From: a virus
Lineage: Duplodnaviria; Caudoviricetes
IMG/VR virus record: IMGVR_UViG_3300046758_000004
Span: 1 to 24,455 of that record
DNA: 24,455 bases
Strand: one strand, 5' to 3'
Shown here: positions 19,283 to 24,455 of the stretch, in pieces
Numbering within the stretch: position 1 is the stretch's first letter
Layout: each line of letters begins with the position of its first letter
Notes under the pieces: model-generated
What the model saw: the letters and a program-made list of their open reading frames with translations, nothing else
What the model was told of the DNA's origin: nothing
Database searches by the model: none
Made by a program: the position numbers and the translations under genes

Positions 19283-19436
19283 TTATTCTCCGTTTGATAT
19301 CGTATCTTGATACACCGATATCTTTTAATTCTCTATCAGTTAAGTGTGTAAGTAACCACAAATCTGCTCTAGCCTGTTGTGATTTTTGTATTGAATCGTG
19401 TAAGGCTCTAAGCCAAATTGAAAATGTTTTAAACAT
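19272..19436 (-). CDS. DUF1127 (YjiS-like) small protein, 54 aa
   Basis: Absent from the ORF track. MFKTFSIWLRALHDSIQKSQQARADLWLLTHLTDRELKDIGVSRYDIKRRINGS carries the DUF1127 signature LxxLxDRxLxDIGxxRxDI. GGAG SD; overlaps the TerS start. Confidence 0.85.
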   Translation of the reverse strand: MFKTFSIWLRALHDSIQKSQQARADLWLLTHLTDRELKDIGVSRYDIKRRINGS

Positions 19437-19501
19437 ATAAGTTCTCCAGTGTGATACTACAAGACATTTGTAGTTTACTGAAGACTAGTTTTACACAAAC
19501 A

Positions 19502-19530
19502 GTTATATCATACTATAGATAATAATGCAA
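19502..19530 (-). promoter_or_regulatory. Sigma70-type promoter upstream of DUF1127 gene (TTGCAT-N17-TATAAC, extended -10 TG)
   Basis: Minus strand TTGCATtattatctatagtaTGaTATAACT in a ~100-bp intergenic gap. Confidence 0.55.
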
Positions 19531-19542
19531 CCCCGTTATGCT

Positions 19543-19905
19543 TTAACGTGTCGGATTATAAAATTCTCTACAAGATATTAGTACTTCCATAGTATTAGTT
19601 GTCTCACCATATGCAACAATCTTATCCCCTGCATGAAGATGTAATACCCCAGCACCAAATATGTTTTCTGCTGAGTTACCTGCTATAGTATGATTCTTAA
19701 GCACATAATGATAAGTAGTATCATCTTTATGGTAGAACTGTAGATAAACTTTCTTAGAAGAGTTATTGTTATTAGCTACGTGTAATAAGTCCACTGTTGC
19801 ATCATGAAATGGTGGACAAGTATACACAAGAGTAGCGTTAGCACCTGTAGTAGTAGATGCTACTGTTACTGCTTCTGTAGCTGTAGAGTAGGCTGTTTCA
19901 ACCAT
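19543..19905 (-). CDS. Hypothetical protein, probably a small beta-sandwich virion protein
   Basis: 120 aa, beta-rich, with LVYTCP...LHVAN...LHAGDKI pattern. Packed in the operon. Confidence 0.6.
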   Translation of the reverse strand: MVETAYSTATEAVTVASTTTGANATLVYTCPPFHDATVDLLHVANNNNSSKKVYLQFYHKDDTTYHYVLKNHTIAGNSAENIFGAGVLHLHAGDKIVAYGETTNTMEVLISCREFYNPTR

Positions 19906-20175
19906 TTAATCTTTACTTCCTACAGTCTTTGTTGTCCAAGCTTCATTCTCAGGAGTTGTTGGATCATCCTTTACAAAATGCCCCGACTTAGTTCGAGCAC
20001 GTACTTTTTTAGTTACGACAGAAGATAATATCTCTTGTACTCTGGAATCAGTACACCAATAAGAACCATAAGGATCTAAAGCAGCTAGTACATCACCCAT
20101 TTTAGTAGTGACGTTTTCAGAAGTTACTAAGTAACCACACTCTTCTAACGGTTCTTTATAATCCTCAAAGTTCAT
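19906..20175 (-). CDS. Hypothetical protein with RARxxxGHFxxDDPxTPxNEAW motif
   Basis: 89 aa ORF contiguous with its neighbours in the operon. Confidence 0.7.
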   Translation of the reverse strand: MNFEDYKEPLEECGYLVTSENVTTKMGDVLAALDPYGSYWCTDSRVQEILSSVVTKKVRARTKSGHFVKDDPTTPENEAWTTKTVGSKD

Positions 20176-20182
20176 TATCTAT

Positions 20183-20638
20183 TTACCCTTTATAAGATGC
20201 ACCGCATTTAGCCATGCCACCTTTGTTATAACCCATTTTCTTAGCTACTTTAGGTGCAGCTTTCTTTAAGGCTTTCATACCTTTATTAGGTTTAGCCATA
20301 CCACCGTGCATATACCCAGACTTTTTCTTCATGTCTGAATCCTTCATCATTGTGCCATCAGGCATTTTGTGATAACCTTTTTTCATAGTAAGTCCGCCTT
20401 TCGAAGCTCTAAATTTTTTAGTTTTTTCTGCAATTTTCTTTGGTTGTTTTACAAATTGTTTTCCTGCTGCTGTGCCTTTACGTTTAGCTGCACTAGTAGC
20501 TGCATATTCTGCTGGGGTTAAAGCTTCTCTTGCTTTTTTAGGGAGATAACGTTCTCCTGTTTTAGCACTAGGCTTACCGCTTTTAGTTCCCCACTTTTCT
20601 TTAGTCCACTTCTTAAGTGACTTCTGAGAAGCTTTCAT
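20183..20638 (-). CDS. Very basic hypothetical protein (DUF5872-like C-half plus GG-repeat tail)
   Basis: WTKEKWGTKSGK...ERYLPKKA motif, Lys-rich, YHKMPDG motif and three xxGG repeats. ATGA coupling to the upstream ORF. Confidence 0.7.
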   Translation of the reverse strand: MKASQKSLKKWTKEKWGTKSGKPSAKTGERYLPKKAREALTPAEYAATSAAKRKGTAAGKQFVKQPKKIAEKTKKFRASKGGLTMKKGYHKMPDGTMMKDSDMKKKSGYMHGGMAKPNKGMKALKKAAPKVAKKMGYNKGGMAKCGASYKG

Positions 20639-20832
20639 GTCTTTCTATAACCTCCACCAGCTTTTTTATACTGTAGGGCTAGCATCTGTGCTTTACGTGC
20701 AGACCACTGACCTGCTTTACCACCCTTAGTACCTGCTTTAATTTTACTAAATAATCTCTTACGTAATGCAGGTTTTGTATAATTACCTGCTTCGTTTACT
20801 CTAGATTTTGATTTAGGTTTAGCCATTACCAT
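20635..20832 (-). CDS. Very basic small protein (DUF5872-like N-half)
   Basis: NYTKPALRKR...KGGKAGQWSARKAQMLALQYKKAGGGY. Start may be ATG 20826. Confidence 0.7.
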   Translation of the reverse strand: MVMAKPKSKSRVNEAGNYTKPALRKRLFSKIKAGTKGGKAGQWSARKAQMLALQYKKAGGGYRKT

Positions 20833-21122
20833 TTAACCTTATCTGCCCAATAGGCTGCTGACATCTTGCCCTTCTTAATATTCTTGGCATGTCTAGACTT
20901 AAATGATTTTCTTTTCTTCTTCATCCTATCAGATTCACCAGACTTAGGTTTACCTGCTGTAGATGCACCTTGTTCTCCAAAACGAATAAGTTTATATTTT
21001 CCACCCTCTGATGCCATAACGACATGAGACTTAGTAGCATGGTCAGGAGTACGCTTAGGTTTATTTACGCCTTTAAGATTAAGACGTTTCATAGTTGCTT
21101 TGACTCGATCAGGGACTGCCAT
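20826..21122 (-). CDS. Very basic small protein (DUF5754-like)
   Basis: LIRFG...FKSRH...SAAYWADKVKW motif. TAATG coupling to the endolysin stop. Confidence 0.7.
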   Translation of the reverse strand: MAVPDRVKATMKRLNLKGVNKPKRTPDHATKSHVVMASEGGKYKLIRFGEQGASTAGKPKSGESDRMKKKRKSFKSRHAKNIKKGKMSAAYWADKVKW

Positions 21123-21631
21123 TATATCATACTCAATGCTTGTTCTAGTGTTTCTTTGTTTCGTCTAGTCCAACCACGACCAAATGTCTTAAAGGTATCT
21201 AAGCCTTCATAGAAGCCTTGACGAACAGTATATACGTAGTCCACAATAAACTTAGGGTCTTTCTCCATGATAAGACCTAGTGTCTGTGGCCCGATTGCTC
21301 CATCAGCTGTAGCTCCTACTGCACGTTGGATAGCTTTAGCTGGACGACCAGAACCTGAGTTCACGGCCCAGTCAAACGCACACCAGTCTACACCAGATGG
21401 TAGATGATCACCTTTAACTCTGTCCCAGTAATTCTTTTTGTATATTGGCCCGACATCTGCTGGAGTTAGATCTCTCATCTCCTGCTCGGTAGATTCCCTG
21501 CCGATCCATTCATCATACACTCTCTTAGTAACACCGAGGTTAGTCATACCACCTGGGTCACTAGGATGATTAACGTATCCACCTTCATGGTGTAATAACA
21601 TCTCTAGACATTTATCAAAATTGTTTTTCAT
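21122..21631 (-). CDS. Endolysin, glycoside hydrolase family 108 with C-terminal peptidoglycan-binding domain
   Basis: HEGGYVNHPSDPGGMTNLGVT catalytic motif, FDWAVNSG, DGAIGPQTL and FGRGWTRR. Confidence 0.92.
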   Translation of the reverse strand: MKNNFDKCLEMLLHHEGGYVNHPSDPGGMTNLGVTKRVYDEWIGRESTEQEMRDLTPADVGPIYKKNYWDRVKGDHLPSGVDWCAFDWAVNSGSGRPAKAIQRAVGATADGAIGPQTLGLIMEKDPKFIVDYVYTVRQGFYEGLDTFKTFGRGWTRRNKETLEQALSMI

Positions 21632-21987
21632 TATTTCTTCCCGAAGTATTTACTTACACCACGCATACCAATGCTGGCACTTACAATTCCACCTAGTGAG
21701 TACTGATACCAATCAGGCATAACCTCTAAAGCAGTAAAACCTGCTTGTACTATCTGATTACCCCAATCACCACAGAAGGCTAGGATCAATGGTATTGAGA
21801 ATAATAAAGTAATCCATTCGTCTTTCCACGAGTTCTCTGTAGCCTTCATAGCTGCTAGATCCCAATCAAGTTCTCCAGTAGCTATCTTCATTTTTGTTTC
21901 AGCTTCAGCCTTCTTCACGGCTGTCTTGCCTTCGATCATTGTACCAGCTAGATTAGCTACTTGACCGATTAAGTTTAATCCAAGCAT
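21631..21987 (-). CDS. Holin (GTA-type 3-TM holin family)
   Basis: SWKDEWITLLFSIPLILAF...PDWYQYSLGGIVSASIGMR; hydrophobic segments, immediately upstream of the endolysin. Confidence 0.75.
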   Translation of the reverse strand: MLGLNLIGQVANLAGTMIEGKTAVKKAEAETKMKIATGELDWDLAAMKATENSWKDEWITLLFSIPLILAFCGDWGNQIVQAGFTALEVMPDWYQYSLGGIVSASIGMRGVSKYFGKK

Positions 21988-22316
21988 TATCCGTTGTTAC
22001 CTTTCACTTCTTTCTTGCTCATGTTAGTGACTCCAAAGAATACACCAACTATACCAGCAACTGATAGGAAATAAATAGAAGCCATAGAACCTATGATATC
22101 AGCTGCTTTATCTGCACCGATCATAGAACACAATAGAACAAGGAATGGATATGCTAGCATTCCTGCTAAACAAAACCATGCCATTCTTCTTTGAGCATCA
22201 CGTTGTGCATCTTCATCATCTAATCGTCTACGTCGATCTTCTAATGCTAATGCATCCCATTCAGTCTTATCAATAGATCCACTGTTGTCTACATCTACTT
22301 CTTCAAAACTTGTCAT
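21987..22316 (-). CDS. Membrane protein with N-terminal EF-hand loop and 2 TM helices (holin/antiholin-like)
   Basis: DVDNSGSIDKTE is a canonical EF-hand loop. Two hydrophobic stretches follow RRMAW. Translationally coupled to the holin. Confidence 0.7.
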   Translation of the reverse strand: MTSFEEVDVDNSGSIDKTEWDALALEDRRRRLDDEDAQRDAQRRMAWFCLAGMLAYPFLVLLCSMIGADKAADIIGSMASIYFLSVAGIVGVFFGVTNMSKKEVKGNNG

Positions 22317-22567
22317 TGTTCCCAGTCTCTCTTACGCTTAGGATCTAGTACGTCTCTAGCTAATAGCTTACCTTCGAGGTACATACATCTTTCTATTCTG
22401 TCTAAGGTTTCCCAAGTACCTGAATGTTGATAGTATGCTTCTCTAATGTAGAATACGTCTGATCTAGGTATATGAACCCTACGGAGTTTACCTTCGTTCT
22501 GATCAGCAAGTGCCTTATAGAACTCTTCAAGTACCCTCTCACTGGAATACATTTTAGGTTTGGACAT
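22313..22567 (-). CDS. Hypothetical protein, first gene of the late operon
   Basis: 84 aa; ATGA overlap with the next gene; ATG lies 5 nt after a -10 box. Confidence 0.7.
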   Translation of the reverse strand: MSKPKMYSSERVLEEFYKALADQNEGKLRRVHIPRSDVFYIREAYYQHSGTWETLDRIERCMYLEGKLLARDVLDPKRKRDWEQ

Positions 22568-22572
22568 GACTA

Positions 22573-22600
22573 GTTATACCTTTTAGAAACTCCGTGTCAA
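22573..22600 (-). promoter_or_regulatory. Late-operon promoter (TTGACA-N16-TATAAC)
   Basis: Minus strand TGTTGACAcggagtttctaaaaggTATAACTA; same architecture as the capsid promoter. Confidence 0.75.
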
Positions 22601-22645
22601 CAACTAAAGTTGGGACGACAGAATTATCTCCATCTACTAAGAATC

Positions 22646-22691
22646 CTTATCGTTACTAGTATAGAGTAAGTATTGCTTATCGTTACTAGTA
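22646..22691. repeat. 16-bp direct repeat CTTATCGTTACTAGTA x2 (30-bp period)
   Basis: Exact copies at 22646-22661 and 22676-22691. Confidence 0.85.
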
Positions 22692-22698
22692 AGAGGGG

Positions 22699-22795
22699 TA
22701 CTTTAAGTATACTTTAAGTATTTACTTATATTATTATTATTAGTAGATGATAATACTTATAGTTACTTTAAGTAACCTAAAGTATACTTTAAGTA
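22699..22795. repeat. Tandem quasi-palindromic TACTTTAAGTA repeats
   Basis: Exact copies at 22699, 22710, 22764 and 22785. Variants TACTTATAGT (22754) and AACCTAAAGT (22774), with further variants near 22864 and 22986. Confidence 0.85.
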
Positions 22796-22796
22796 T

Positions 22797-22824
22797 ATTA
22801 TATCACATTATAAAACTAAGTCAA
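22797..22824 (-). promoter_or_regulatory. Sigma70-like promoter TTGACT-N16-TATAAT firing into the repeat array
   Basis: Minus strand TTGACTtagttttataatgTGaTATAAT with extended -10. Confidence 0.5.
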
Positions 22825-23099
22825 TAGACAAATTGTAGCAGCTTAGATATTTCTTGTCGTAGATACTTAAAGTTACTCAAAGAATTCTTAACGGCGGCGG
22901 ACTAACTACTATTAGTCTCTGAGAAGCTTAATAAGCCTCACTGAGGAGTTACATACTGTCGTCAGGTTAAGATATACCCGGGGAGTACTTAAAGGCTCTC
23001 TATGGGGCTGTATAATGTATTAACATAATATTCAATATAATGGTCTATCATTATCACCAATATCAATATAATAATAAAAGGATAAGGTATACCTCTAGT

Positions 23100-23500
23100 T
23101 TTAGGATAATGTTATAATATAACGTATTTACATAATGTAGTTAACAGCTTTAAAAATACCCCCCGCTGTCATTGTGTGTATATACGTACGTACACCCCCC
23201 GTCTGCCCCATGTCCCCCCTCTTTTGTTCTCCTTACGTTCTTATCAAGTAAATTATTATGCTTATCTCTATGCTAACCTATTGATTTTATTATATTATTT
23301 ATACAATTAAGAATTATTTAAATGAGATATATTATGAAAAATGTTATGTTATACTATAACAGTCTCTCAACAGTAATTTAGAAGTACAACACTATACCAT
23401 CTATTTAGTTCAATATTAAACCATATCCCCTAGTAAATCATAATAATAGTTTAATGCTAAACCATAAAGTAGTTCAACATTAAACTAAATTTTATTTCCA
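23100..23500. other. Probable genome terminus / packaging region between divergent gene arms
   Basis: Non-coding region with C-runs (23159-23219) around GTGTATATACGTACGTACAC, an IHF consensus and several palindromes. Gene orientation switches across it. Confidence 0.45.
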
Positions 23501-23656
23501 GTTCATAATGATATTATAATAAAATAATATTAAATTTCTTTTCCTTTGTTTTCAATAACTTACAAGAAATTTTATAAAAATATTACAAAATGCATAAATT
23601 TCTTGTTGTTTTATTCAATTATATCATTATATTCAAATTTAGAAATTGATTATAAG

Positions 23657-24180
23657 TATTTTCGGAGTGAGATTATATTTTAGATTTTAGTAGTTTTTAA
23701 CTATGTGCTATTTTACATTTACCTAATCCAATAGGTTTTTATTAAAGCTTCAGGGTTTTAATTTTGGAAAGGTTGCAGATGCTTACGGCAAATATGTCCA
23801 GTAATGGATTAAGGGAACATTTATTTAAATGTTAACACTTAGAAGCCTAACTAGGAAAGCATCCTATAGATAAACTAATTGCCTAGGCTACTCAGTTTTT
23901 TTAATCTGACAAATTAAAAGACTTGGTATGATCCGAATAGAGAGAAAGCATTAAACGTACCTATATATAATAGGGGTCTTTAATGTTAGTAAAAGTAAAA
24001 GGGATATTCCTACGGGAAAAGAACTAAACATCTATAAAATATTGCGGTATGTAAACGACAGTTTATTATTAAGATAGTTTATTAATAAAATTTCAATTGG
24101 TTTTGCTAATTGGTTTTATTAGATGGTGTTTATTATTATTATTAAAAATTTATTAAGCGGTTTTAATCACGCCGCTTAAT
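23657..24180 (+). ncRNA. Large structured RNA candidate upstream of the first early gene
   Basis: Many complementary segments, including long-range stems and GNRA and UNCG tetraloop hairpins. No ORF of 60 aa or more. Confidence 0.45.
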
Positions 24181-24238
24181 TGGTGTTTAATGATAACATT
24201 AAGCAAAATGAAATAATATAAAAAGGAAAGAAAATATT

Positions 24239-24454
24239 ATGACAAATACAGTAACAAAAATTGAAGCAAATTTTGGTCGTTCACTTGGTAATGGTGCTAA
24301 TATGGGTAAATATACACTTGAAGCATTTCAAACAGTATTAGAACAAAGAGATACAACTATCTTAATAGGTCTAATTAACCAAGCTAAAAAGCGTGATGAT
24401 ACACTTGCAGAACGTGCAATAAAATCCATGATCAATATAGTTTATGAAGGTGCA
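24239..24454 (+). CDS. Hypothetical early protein (runs off the window edge)
   Basis: ATG 24239 follows an AAAGGAAAG SD. Frame is open to the window end (MTNTVTKIEANFGRSLGNGANMGKYTLEAFQTVLEQRD...). Confidence 0.75.
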   Translation, partial: MTNTVTKIEANFGRSLGNGANMGKYTLEAFQTVLEQRDTTILIGLINQAKKRDDTLAERAIKSMINIVYEGA

Positions 24455-24455
24455 A

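Noticed and set aside
8667-21212. Other short antisense or out-of-frame ORFs nested in the capsid, scaffold, internal-protein and lysis genes, plus minus-strand nested ORFs such as 2201-2419, 4229-4423, 6228-6428 and 10865-11083
   Set aside because: They overlap well-supported genes and have no independent support.
22646-22795. CRISPR or mini-CRISPR array
   Set aside because: Repeats are only 10-16 bp and mostly directly abutting, with no unique spacers of about 30 bp and no cas genes.
23606-23633. Early promoter TTGTTT-N16-TATATT on the plus strand
   Set aside because: The position is plausible, but it is a weak match in very AT-rich DNA and not distinguishable from chance without TSS data.
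23657-24180. tRNA, tmRNA or hammerhead ribozyme in the structured region
   Set aside because: No T-loop GTTCRA cloverleaf and no intact CUGANGA...GAAA core found by eye.
1-24455. Alternative genetic code, or a firm family assignment such as Zobellviridae
   Set aside because: Genes tile densely under the standard code with TAA, TGA and TAG stops. The two-arm layout is compatible with such podoviruses, but taxonomy cannot be fixed without searches.

Overview
This window is part of a dsDNA tailed-phage genome, most likely a marine podovirus. An alphaproteobacterial (roseobacter-type) host is inferred from a DUF1127 gene and a GTA-type holin. Positions 1-22567 hold a minus-strand late operon. 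In transcription order it encodes a lysis cassette (EF-hand/2-TM protein, 3-TM holin, GH108 endolysin), a cluster of very basic small proteins, two hypotheticals, a DUF1127 microprotein missed by the ORF track, TerS, a recombinase-DBD-like protein, TerL, portal, two probable internal/ejected proteins (one with an HEXXH peptidase), scaffold, major capsid, adaptor, nozzle, a 1.5-kaa tail fibre, a fibre chaperone and a second, truncated fibre. Positions 22600-24238 are non-coding and divergent: tandem palindromic repeats, C-runs, operator-like palindromes and a ~500-nt highly structured segment, probably spanning the genome termini. A first plus-strand (early) gene starts at 24239. The most unusual signals are four copies of a CC/C(U)AC RNA internal loop in the scaffold and capsid leaders, the large structured early RNA, a recurring xxGG peptide tag next to an HEXXH peptidase, and the independently promoted DUF1127 gene. 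All calls were made by eye; no searches or folding programs were run.
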